Source of the DNA: a virus
Virus record (IMG/VR): IMGVR_UViG_3300045809_000027
Reading direction: 5' to 3' (one strand)
DNA: 48,927 nt
Shown here: piece by piece, positions 14,056 to 23,700 of the stretch
How the letters are laid out: every line of letters starts with the position of its first letter
How positions within the stretch are numbered: the first letter of the stretch is position 1
Translations under genes and position numbers: made by a program
The notes under the pieces: model-generated
Seen by the model: only the letters and a program-made list of their open reading frames with translations
Database searches by the model: none
What the model was told of the DNA's origin: nothing

Positions 14056-14316
14056 CTATAATTTCGTTAAGAAATAGCCTAATATAGTAATACCTAAACC
14101 GATCATGTAACCCCATGACCATTTATTATTTGCTTTAATTTCTTTGATGTCATCAGCATTGTTGAGTGCAATAGAATATGCGTGATCCGCCACATCTTTC
14201 GCAGCATCCGCCTTCTCTCTCAATGCCTCGTAATTATCAAGTTTTGTTTCAATGCGCACTAAGCGCTCAATAACATCTTGTGCAGTATCATCTTTCAAAA
14301 CTCCCCCGCCTTCCAA
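14056..14316 (-). CDS. xhlA: XhlA-like lysis-associated membrane protein
   Basis: N-terminal coiled coil (ERLVRIETKLDNYEALREK), ANNKWSWGY motif and a C-terminal TM segment, as in XhlA. Confidence 0.65.
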   Translation of the reverse strand: MEGGGVLKDDTAQDVIERLVRIETKLDNYEALREKADAAKDVADHAYSIALNNADDIKEIKANNKWSWGYMIGLGITILGYFLTKL

Positions 14317-14353
14317 CTAAATAATTAGCCCCGTTAAAAACGAGGCTAAATTG

Positions 14354-14479
14354 TTATTCAGCCAATTCTGGCAAATCCATATCTACTAGAATCTCTTTCA
14401 CTTGCTCGCGAATTAGACCTGGTACTTGTTCAATCGTTTTCTTACCTTTAATAATTAAAATCGCATACACTACAGCCAT
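14354..14479 (-). CDS. XkdX-like small tail-region protein (41 aa)
   Basis: GGAGGTGG RBS. MAVVYAILIIKGKKTIEQVPGLIREQVKEILVDMD. Paralog of the ORF at 14517-14630. Confidence 0.6.
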   Translation of the reverse strand: MAVVYAILIIKGKKTIEQVPGLIREQVKEILVDMDLPELAE

Positions 14480-14516
14480 TTCTTCCACCTCCCTTCTGAG
14501 TAAATAAAAAGCAATC

Positions 14517-14630
14517 CTAATTCGCAGTTTCTGCATCAAGGATTGCTTGTACTTCATTTCTGATTGTTCTAGGAACTTCTTCAATAGTCTTCAGGCCTTT
14601 CTGAATCAAATTGACGTAAATATTTGCCAT
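14517..14630 (-). CDS. XkdX-like small protein (37 aa), not in the ORF track
   Basis: The ATG at 14630 directly follows the stop of 14631..14975. MANIYVNLIQKGLKTIEEVPRTIRNEVQAILDAETAN. Confidence 0.55.
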   Translation of the reverse strand: MANIYVNLIQKGLKTIEEVPRTIRNEVQAILDAETAN

Positions 14631-14975
14631 CTAATTAACCTCCCTGTCTGCTGGAACGAGCATTTCATACACTTCAGCTAACGCTAATTGAGTTTTAGTC
14701 AATTGGTTTTCTTGGACTTCTGCCTTTTCTTTTAAGAATTCATTTTCCTTTTGGACAGTTTCTGTTAAAGTCTCAATAAACTCTAATTTTTCTGCGTAAT
14801 TTGGAGTAATCGCCTCTTCCCATCTGTTCTTAGAAAAATTAAAGAACTGAGATTGTGGGTTTTCTAAATTTTGAATAGGTTCGATTTCCACAAAAGGAAT
14901 AGATGTTGGAAAATCATCTGCTACTTCGTGTTCTTCAAATCCCATCGGGTATAATACTTTATAAATTGTTTTCAT
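14631..14975 (-). CDS. Tail-fibre-associated protein, unknown function
   Basis: ORF in the tail module with a C-terminal coiled coil. Confidence 0.5.
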   Translation of the reverse strand: MKTIYKVLYPMGFEEHEVADDFPTSIPFVEIEPIQNLENPQSQFFNFSKNRWEEAITPNYAEKLEFIETLTETVQKENEFLKEKAEVQENQLTKTQLALAEVYEMLVPADREVN

Positions 14976-14987
14976 CGTTTTCCTCCT

Positions 14988-16895
14988 TTAATAAGGGTCT
15001 CTTGCTAACCAACAAAACGAACCTGTTAACCACGTATCTTGTGCGACATTATCTATGCAAATAATATTATTAATCGTTGATGGATCGAAAGCTAGCAAAT
15101 AAAAATTGCTGCCAGAGCTCCAGTACATTCGAGGCCTGTCAATCGGCGCTGCCCATGATGGAACATTAAACCAAACAGCTTGATTATATTTCGCCGCTGA
15201 CAATTTAAACGAACCTGTCAGATAAACGATATCTCCTCTTCGATACAATCTCATACTGCCGTCCGAAATAACTGAAGCATTGTTGTTTTTATCTACTGAC
15301 GCATAATCATTTACTGATTTTGTTAAAACGGGCAATTTCCCTTTCACTTGAATACCATCTTGAAAATTCTTTGTTCCTAAAATCGTTTCGTTACCAGCAG
15401 TAGAAACAAACTTGCCTTGAACCCATTTTGCGATTGCTTTAAATACTAAATTAGGCGTCATAAACACACTGTTAGATTCTCCCGCTTCAGCTTCTTCACC
15501 AGTAGCGATACTTTCTACTTGATTGGCCGCGAACATTGATTCAATGTGTTCATTCGCTGAAATGTTCAGTGCAATTTCTAATTCAGAATAATCAATGCTT
15601 GTTCCGGATGGTATAGTTCCATCACTAACATAAGAGTAAAGTAAAATATTAATCTTTCCATACTGGTCAACCACGACTGGCGAGTGCTTTGCATAAATAT
15701 CTTTTACCTGATTAGTACTATTGATAGCAGTAACACCGTTGTCATTCCAAACTTTAGTGTCAGGTCTCCACGTAACTAATTGTAATCTGTTTCCCGAAGG
15801 CCCACTTCCGAACCCAAAAACATGAGGAGTAATTTCAGAAACATTATTCTTAATATATGTGACTTTCTCATCCAACGTGGAAATCCCTTGCGATAGCCAA
15901 AAATTATTAGAGTAGACACTAGTTAGGATATCGACAACGTCATACTCAATTCTTATTAAAACCATTTGACCATTCACTTTATGTGATCCGACATCTCTGA
16001 TATCATCTAAGTCTGAAATTTTTGAGTATCGCTCATCGCTAAATTCGTACCACGTACCAGCAGTAGGAGCGTTTAGCGCGGTACTATAAGCTATATAGGC
16101 ACTGTTGGCATTCTCAACCAAACTGCCACTAACTTTCCCTGAAAAGTTGGGACTGAAAACTATTTTCTCCTTTTTCCCACTTACTATTTGATAGATCACG
16201 TTTGCGGAACTTTCTGGCTTATTGAAAACTTCGTCTTTTCGATAAACATCCGCTTCATCGATCTTTTTATTCGTTTCGTCTAACTGATCAGAAAGCTCGA
16301 TTTGAGATTGCTGCAGCTCTGACATTTTTTGATTGGATTGAACGAACTTTTCATCATACTCTTTAATTTTTGTATCAGCATACTTAGTAATCCGTTCAGA
16401 TTCTTCATCAATATTTTGAATTTCCAATAGAGCTTTTTCTTTTACTTGAAACAACCATTCTTCAAAGCTTTTGAAGTAGATCACACCAGCAACACCAGCT
16501 CCATCATCAATCGATGATTTAAACATTCTGAATTGAACGTTTTGAATGTCGATCGCCTCACCAGAAGGTAGATCAACATACAAACCCATAACTACTGTAC
16601 CATCATAGCCCCTCAGTTCTTCGGGTAAAAGGTAATAAATCTGATTTATCGTGTTGGCTTCGACGCCACCATTGTCCTCAATTATTCCTTTTTTTCCATC
16701 ATTACCAACGTAAGTTAGTAGTACTCTGACTGTTGCTCCAGTTAAGTCGATTTCTGCTTCTTTACTCGTTAGTTCAAAAAGAAACTTACTAACATTCTTA
16801 TCATATGAAAACACTTCTGCTCTAAGATCAATAGATGTGCTCCTACTTGAACCGTTGATTTCAAGCGTTTTTCTTACTATTTTGAAATATGCCAT
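14988..16895 (-). CDS. BppU-family baseplate upper / receptor-binding protein
   Basis: The N-terminus (FKIVRKTLEINGSS..IDLRAEVFSYDKNVSKFLFELT) resembles BppU_N. Has a central coiled coil. Lies downstream of Tal. Confidence 0.6.
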   Translation of the reverse strand: MAYFKIVRKTLEINGSSRSTSIDLRAEVFSYDKNVSKFLFELTSKEAEIDLTGATVRVLLTYVGNDGKKGIIEDNGGVEANTINQIYYLLPEELRGYDGTVVMGLYVDLPSGEAIDIQNVQFRMFKSSIDDGAGVAGVIYFKSFEEWLFQVKEKALLEIQNIDEESERITKYADTKIKEYDEKFVQSNQKMSELQQSQIELSDQLDETNKKIDEADVYRKDEVFNKPESSANVIYQIVSGKKEKIVFSPNFSGKVSGSLVENANSAYIAYSTALNAPTAGTWYEFSDERYSKISDLDDIRDVGSHKVNGQMVLIRIEYDVVDILTSVYSNNFWLSQGISTLDEKVTYIKNNVSEITPHVFGFGSGPSGNRLQLVTWRPDTKVWNDNGVTAINSTNQVKDIYAKHSPVVVDQYGKINILLYSYVSDGTIPSGTSIDYSELEIALNISANEHIESMFAANQVESIATGEEAEAGESNSVFMTPNLVFKAIAKWVQGKFVSTAGNETILGTKNFQDGIQVKGKLPVLTKSVNDYASVDKNNNASVISDGSMRLYRRGDIVYLTGSFKLSAAKYNQAVWFNVPSWAAPIDRPRMYWSSGSNFYLLAFDPSTINNIICIDNVAQDTWLTGSFCWLARDPY

Positions 16896-16923
16896 GTATT
16901 TGTTTTACCTCCAATTCCAGTAC

Positions 16924-18642
16924 CTAAGTGCCAGTACTTCCTTCCAATTTTTCCAAACGCTCTGCCAACCAATCTGAGTTAATTTGCCATGTATATTGAG
17001 CCGGATTTACGGGTTGCGTAACAGAGGATGTCGAACAAATCCCCATGAAGTGCTTTATTTCATTTATCGGTTTTGTTAGTACAAATCCTGTAGAACCGGT
17101 TTGGTCATCCGCCCACGCATAATATAGATAAGCACCTACGCCTTGACCACCATTTTTTAAATTAAGAATAGTAGTCCGACCGCTTCCTATTTGAGTTTTC
17201 TCTGAATTATAGACATCACAACAATATGTCCAAAGATTTTTCGCATCAGGATAAACGGTAAGAATGCTATTCGAAGCGGACCAATTATCATCAATTTCAC
17301 CAGCTTCATTTAATCGAGTCCAACGAAAATCACTATAATTTGTACTTACATCAAGAGTACCATCGTACACTTTTGCGGATATTTTAATTGTTCCTTTTCC
17401 ATCAACAAACGCTTGAGAAGTAGGTTCAAGCTTAACGTCAAATCGTTTTCTGCCTACCTGATCTCGCAACTCATAAGCTAAATCAAGTAAGCTTTGGGAT
17501 GTTCCGCCGGATTGGATAAGATAATCACCCAATGTAGCAACATAAGAGTGTATTGAATACTGATTTATCAGTTCAAGAATCCGTGCACTCAGATAGACTT
17601 CTTCATTCTCATCAACTAAATAGATTGTGTCCCCGATATTCACTCCCTTAGGCAGATCGATAATCTCAACCTCATAATTAATAGCTGGTTGACTGATTTT
17701 CTTTAGTTCTCTAATGACACTGTCACACAAAGTCTTTTGATCAGTAGTTTCGTAACGTTTTAATCGCTGAATATGTGAGCTTTTGGGATTGGGATTACTT
17801 GTCGATAATAAACGACTCCAGAGCTGTACACTTTCCGTATCTCTCATGACCCCATCAGAGCCTAAGACAAAGCGGCCATCTGGATCCGTATACTTGTATC
17901 CTTTCAGATTAATTGGATCGTTTTTACCCTCAGGCGTTCCACCAGTCGCATAAATCGAAGTTCCAAGATCATAGATGTCAGACTTCACGATAATGTTTTC
18001 GACATCAACATTGACATAAAGCGTTTGGTGGTTATCTTTACCACGTTTTTTGTAAATATTAATGTATTTATTGATAACAGTAGTCCCTTCTACCTTGAAA
18101 CTAAAGTCAATTTCTGCGTTATCAAACTGAGTTGCAACAGAAACTAAACGTGCTAAAGCCGTCGAATCCTCACTTTCCCATTCAAGTTTCCTAGTGAGCG
18201 TAGGAATCTCGTTAAATCCTATTTCAAAGCCAGAATCATACATAAACTTTTCAATATAGAATGCTATGGAATATGCTTTGTCAGCTTTGTAGGGTCCAAC
18301 AAGTTCATTCAAAAGATCAACCCCTGCATCCTCTGCAACGAAATAATGCGTGCATTCTTTTGGGTTATGAATTGTTTCAACAATTGTCATCCAGATATCT
18401 TTGTTATTGTAATCATGAAAAAGAACATAATTACCTACTTTAGCAAAATCTTTTACTTTTTTTGTTTGAACCGAACTAAAATACAATGTTCCGCTTAGTG
18501 TTCTATTCCCGTTTTCAACGCTCAGTTTGTCCTCTTCATCAGCGATTACAACTTCAGTAGTATTATTAGTAGATACAATTTCTTTAAGTTGAAATTGTCT
18601 ATCAGCAAAGTAGAAATCCAATCCTTCACCTCCTCTCGACAA
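16924..18642 (-). CDS. Tail-associated lysin-type baseplate hub protein (Tal / prophage tail endopeptidase family)
   Basis: Third position in the TMP-Dit-Tal order. The N-terminus resembles the phage minor structural protein family. Confidence 0.65.
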   Translation of the reverse strand: MSRGGEGLDFYFADRQFQLKEIVSTNNTTEVVIADEEDKLSVENGNRTLSGTLYFSSVQTKKVKDFAKVGNYVLFHDYNNKDIWMTIVETIHNPKECTHYFVAEDAGVDLLNELVGPYKADKAYSIAFYIEKFMYDSGFEIGFNEIPTLTRKLEWESEDSTALARLVSVATQFDNAEIDFSFKVEGTTVINKYINIYKKRGKDNHQTLYVNVDVENIIVKSDIYDLGTSIYATGGTPEGKNDPINLKGYKYTDPDGRFVLGSDGVMRDTESVQLWSRLLSTSNPNPKSSHIQRLKRYETTDQKTLCDSVIRELKKISQPAINYEVEIIDLPKGVNIGDTIYLVDENEEVYLSARILELINQYSIHSYVATLGDYLIQSGGTSQSLLDLAYELRDQVGRKRFDVKLEPTSQAFVDGKGTIKISAKVYDGTLDVSTNYSDFRWTRLNEAGEIDDNWSASNSILTVYPDAKNLWTYCCDVYNSEKTQIGSGRTTILNLKNGGQGVGAYLYYAWADDQTGSTGFVLTKPINEIKHFMGICSTSSVTQPVNPAQYTWQINSDWLAERLEKLEGSTGT

Positions 18643-18671
18643 AAAAAGAGAACCTCTATTCTAGAAGTTCC

Positions 18672-20720
18672 CTAAATAAATACTCTTCTAACCGTAACAC
18701 CGACAATTGGTGTAATCGCCCAATCAGAAGGGACTATTTGAATTGTATGTTTACCATAGTCAAACCTGAACTTATCATACTCATTTCCCAATTTATGGAG
18801 AGTACGATCTTCCACTCCATTAACTAAAACCTTTCTCGTTTTAGTATTTATTTCTACAAAATCTTTGTCGCTGAACAGATTATTGACATTCGAGTTTATC
18901 GTCTCGTTGGTCCAATCAAACTTCGAATCCGTCCACGCCATTAGATTATGATGCTGATTCGAGAAGCGTTGAAACCAGCCTTTTTCATATATTGCATTTG
19001 TTTCTTCAGCCTCAGTAAAGTTCATAACAAACTCATGATCGTGCGAAGTAAACGCACCATCATTGGCTGGATTTAAAGCTTTAATTTGACTGAATACCCA
19101 TCTTAGTCGTTTATTTGAATTCAGACGCTCCATTTTTACTTCGAAGAAATTTCCGTTAAACGTCTTTCTAGAAAGACTGGTTGACTTCACACACTTCGTC
19201 TTGTACCAAAACTCAATGATAAGTTCATTGTTTAGTGTCGTACTATCTCGAATAACAACGGCCATAAAGACTTTTTTATTCTCATCAGCCAGTAGAAATT
19301 CAACACGCCCTCTAGCCGTTTTGACGTTTGATCCATTATTAAAATTCATACGCTGAACACATGAGAAGTCTCCACTTGAAATATTATTAGCATTTTTAGG
19401 AATTTGAAAACTCAGCGTAGGACCATGCCACACATTAATAGCTCCTACGCCAGTGAAAACTGGATAAATAGCTTCACCACCATCCCACTTCATGTTTCCT
19501 TGAACTATATTCGGTGTAGATGGGTTACTTAAATAGTTGGGATAAGTAGACGGCATTGTCTTGTCATTTAATGAAACACCAACAGGAAGGTTTGCAGTGC
19601 GCCATCCATGGTTAATCACACGGTGCTTTCCAACTTTGCGAACAGTATCGACATCCTCAGGATCACCGTACTGCAATATGCCTCCATTCGAATTAACCAA
19701 TCCAATCAACCCGTTCTCTCCTTGCATCGTAACTTCAAACTGCGGTTCAGCTTTCCACGTTCCATAATGAGTCACTTCAATCTGATCACTGACTGTGAGT
19801 TTACTAGCTGTGTAAGGATTAAGAATAGGCCCGACATTATACTGTGGCTTACAGATCACTAACCTAGAATTGCCTCTGACACCAACTGTCAGGCATAGTG
19901 CGGTAGTTTTTTCGTTCGTTATTCGAATAGTTTCATTGATTGTCTGCCATTCATTTTCTAAAACTTTTGCATCAATTGAGTGGCGTTTTAAGATATCACC
20001 ACCAACCTTAGACCTTTCTTCTAGTATTACGGTACATGGTCTATCGGTTCCGTCTGTAGGTAATATTTCAATGTTTATGAGCATCCCGAAAGATACATAA
20101 TCACCAAGACTTACCTTGATAGGGCGAGTGATCTCGGTCGTTTTTGGTAACCAGTTCTCTTTACCATGAATAGTAACTAAATCAGTAAAATCTGCTATGA
20201 GTGTATTTGAGCCATTGTACTTTGGTCCTAATGCGGTAAAATCTTTCCAGTAATGTGCCTTATTTTCAAACTCACTATCTAAACAAAGGTTTTCTTTTGC
20301 AGGATTAGCATTGGTAAAATAGTCTGCTTCAACAGCATAAGCAACTCCTTCTGGCACTTTAAAACTCAACTCAACTTTTGCTGCATCACGATTTACATAT
20401 TCGGGAACAATCTCACCTTCAAATCGAGCGGACCAGTAACGATCCGCTTGATCGGTAAATATTAGTTGACCATCTGTTCCATCAGCTTGATAAAGGACGC
20501 GATACATCTCATCTTTGAGCGTATCTACGTCCGTATTATCATTTCTCTTCTTATTTTTCCTAATCCATCCTTTAACAGTAATTGTTGTTGCACTGTCCTT
20601 AGCATAGAGAAGTTTTTCACCCATCACTAAATCTTTTTTTTCATATTCTCGCTTTTTAGTGGGGCGAGATATTTCACTAATAGTCAGCCATTTATAGAAA
20701 TCAATTCCTCTAAAAATCAT
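18672..20720 (-). CDS. Distal tail protein (Dit), long 'evolved' form with insertion domains
   Basis: MIFRGIDFYKWLTISEISRP is a siphovirus tail-component-like N-terminus. Lies immediately after the TMP. At 682 aa it is much longer than a minimal Dit. Confidence 0.7.
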   Translation of the reverse strand: MIFRGIDFYKWLTISEISRPTKKREYEKKDLVMGEKLLYAKDSATTITVKGWIRKNKKRNDNTDVDTLKDEMYRVLYQADGTDGQLIFTDQADRYWSARFEGEIVPEYVNRDAAKVELSFKVPEGVAYAVEADYFTNANPAKENLCLDSEFENKAHYWKDFTALGPKYNGSNTLIADFTDLVTIHGKENWLPKTTEITRPIKVSLGDYVSFGMLINIEILPTDGTDRPCTVILEERSKVGGDILKRHSIDAKVLENEWQTINETIRITNEKTTALCLTVGVRGNSRLVICKPQYNVGPILNPYTASKLTVSDQIEVTHYGTWKAEPQFEVTMQGENGLIGLVNSNGGILQYGDPEDVDTVRKVGKHRVINHGWRTANLPVGVSLNDKTMPSTYPNYLSNPSTPNIVQGNMKWDGGEAIYPVFTGVGAINVWHGPTLSFQIPKNANNISSGDFSCVQRMNFNNGSNVKTARGRVEFLLADENKKVFMAVVIRDSTTLNNELIIEFWYKTKCVKSTSLSRKTFNGNFFEVKMERLNSNKRLRWVFSQIKALNPANDGAFTSHDHEFVMNFTEAEETNAIYEKGWFQRFSNQHHNLMAWTDSKFDWTNETINSNVNNLFSDKDFVEINTKTRKVLVNGVEDRTLHKLGNEYDKFRFDYGKHTIQIVPSDWAITPIVGVTVRRVFI

Positions 20721-20734
20721 CCTAGTCTCTGCGA

Positions 20735-23700
20735 TTATGCTCGCCCCTTTCTTCTTTCGGATAACCGTTCGTTACGCGCATTTTCTTTGGCAACAGTTGG
20801 CGCAACTTTCTTACCAACTTTTTCTTTATCCATATAAATGTCGGACTCTTGATCTCGAATCTCGGCCAACAATTGATTATTAACATTAAGTAATCGAATC
20901 ACTTCTTGTAGATCAATACTTGCTGAACTAGCAAAGTTACTTCGAATCGCTTGAGTATCAATACCAATCAAATCTGCGAGATTTAAGGTCATGTTTGAAG
21001 CCATGTTGCTCAATCCAGTCGTCGCAGATTGGATGATTCCTGAACCATTTTGAGCCATGTAATTCAGTGCTTGACCGATTAATTCCATAGCTCTGGCAGG
21101 TTTAGTAACAGGCAGAACTACTTCTGGTTTATTATTCTCTCCTGCTCGATAAACCTCATTCATTACCCAACCACCATCTTTGTATCCTTTGATACGACTT
21201 CCAGTTGGTCCCCATCCAGAACGTCCGTATGGTAAATCTCTACGCCAATTAGAATTATTGAAGAATGCCAATAATTGATCGTATCCACTAAAGATGTTTC
21301 CATGACCTCTCACTTTATAAGCATCAAAAGTTGATTGAATATATTGAAGCAATCCTTTAGCACCGCCAGAACCATTTGTACTATTCACATCAATAATCTG
21401 CTGACGTATCTTCTCGTTCCCAGATGATTCTCTTTGAATTTGTGCAAGGATTCCGTTTAGTTCAGAGGCAGAGATTCTTTGTCCCATTACTTTAGCGGCC
21501 CGCTTAATTTGTGCAGTCCAGTTACTTCCAGTAACTCCTGAACTTGTTTTCAAACCACCATCAACATCAGTTCCGGCTTTAAAAATATTTCCTGAACCCA
21601 ATGCACCGTTTAAATGGATATGATCATAATGGTCGTTGTCTGGCCATGGTACCCACTGACTTGTTGCTGCTTGCCCTGAAATTCCCATCCGGTCACGAAC
21701 TCTACCGTTAGTTATTACGTATGCAATCTGTTTAGGGAATTTCTCAAACGCCCAATTGGCCGCTTCCGTATATCTTGGACTACCGTAAGGGTAACCAGAA
21801 ATATCGAGAGCTTGATGTTTTCCGTGCCAATAAGGATCACCAGGACGATATCCAGAAGTTATTGTTAATCCTCCAAATTTAGACATGACTTTTTGAGCGA
21901 TATCTACTAAGTATTGATAAACATTATTCGCATTCATTGCACCGTCAAAACTTCCGCCCCCAAATGCGTCTTCGACATGCTTTTGTGCAAATGGATATGC
22001 TGCGCTAGTCATCAACTTAACGCCTGCTTTTGTCATGTTTCTCCAAGGTTCGACGATACTGTTATAATCTACACGTTGATCAACAAGTTTTTTGAAGGCT
22101 CCTTCGTCATCAATGATGTCGAAAATATCGAACTCTCCAATTCCGTCTTCATATTTCGGAATCATACTTCCAAGATTATTCTGAGCTTTTAGCACTCGCT
22201 CAGTCATCGTTGCATTGAGCACCTTCGCACCCTTTTTAAGCCAAACAAGAGCATTTCTACCCTTAGCGATAAAGGTAGATCCGTCTGGTTCTTGGATGAT
22301 TTCCTGATATTTAGAACCTTTTTGATCATTTACTATTGCTGGACCATCAGATGGATGACCTTCACTTCCTTTGGCATATTGTGGTACTGTCCAGTTACCT
22401 AATTTCTTGTCGGACTCTACTTCCTTAAGAACGTAGTTAACCCCACCAATTACACCATTGACACCTTTTCCGATTCCGCCAACCATTTTGTTAGCAACAC
22501 CATTCATCGTAGCTGACAAGGATCCGCCCATTGAGTTGATGCCATCGATCAGCGTTTGCATCAAAAAACGTCCAGCGCTATTAAAGCCGCTCGACTTCGA
22601 CCGAAGATTATTAATAGAATCATTTCCAAGCTGATTCACTCGTGCGATAAATGAGCCGTAAAGTGCGTTCCAACCGTTTAGTAGGTTTTGAAGCCATGTA
22701 CGTCCGGTTTGGTACATCGCGCTATAGAAACTACGCAACAAACTTACCACTTGATTACAAAAGTTCCGAACAGTGTTGATAAACGTCGAGACAAGACTAT
22801 TCCAACCGTTCAGTTTGTTCTGCATCCACGCACGACCCATTTGGTAGTTCGGATTGTTCTGGTTCTTAATCAGTGTCGTGTACTGGTTGATAAACGTTTT
22901 AACTGTCGTCATCATAGTTGGTACTACTGAATTCCAACCAGTCATGAAATTAGTCAGCCATTCAGCCCCCTGAAGAACCATAGAAGGACTAATCGAACTG
23001 AACTGTCCAAGGATTCCATTAGCTGCTGATAGAGCGGTTTGAATAAGCTGAGGCGTTGAATCAGCCATCCCTTGGTTACCTGCTTGTGACGCTTGTTGTG
23101 CTGATAACTGCATCTGGTTTGCGTCAGGCATCCCGTAGCTTTCAGTCACAATCATGTTACTAGAAAGTCCGACAGGTTCAGCATCTTGTACAGCCTTTGT
23201 CATCAAATCAGTCACTGCGTCCATAGCTTGCTGAATCTTAGGCTTTCCTTTGTCAATACCTACTGCAATCCCAGCCGGTACCCATTGCGCATCAGCCATC
23301 ATCACACGTGATGGAGATTTGATTTTCAATTTATCTTTGAACCACTTGCTGACATTTCCTGCTACATCTGTAACAGATTTCTTAAGCGAGTCTACTGCCC
23401 CAGTTATTCCTTTTCCAATACCAGAAATGATATCTTTACCAATCTTACCCCATTTGATATCTCCAAATGCTTTAAATATTGCGCTAAAGACCTGCGGTAG
23501 CATTTTTATCAATGTTCCGATCGTATCTATGATCCCTTTGCCGATTGCTAGTAGAATTTTTACTCCGGCTGCGATAATTGTTGGTAGGTTTTGGATCAGA
23601 ACAGCTGCAATTGTAATGATCAATTTGATCGCAGTTTCAATCAATTTCGGTAGAATGCTGATTACACCCTGGATCAACGCTCCCAGTATTTTTACGCCAG

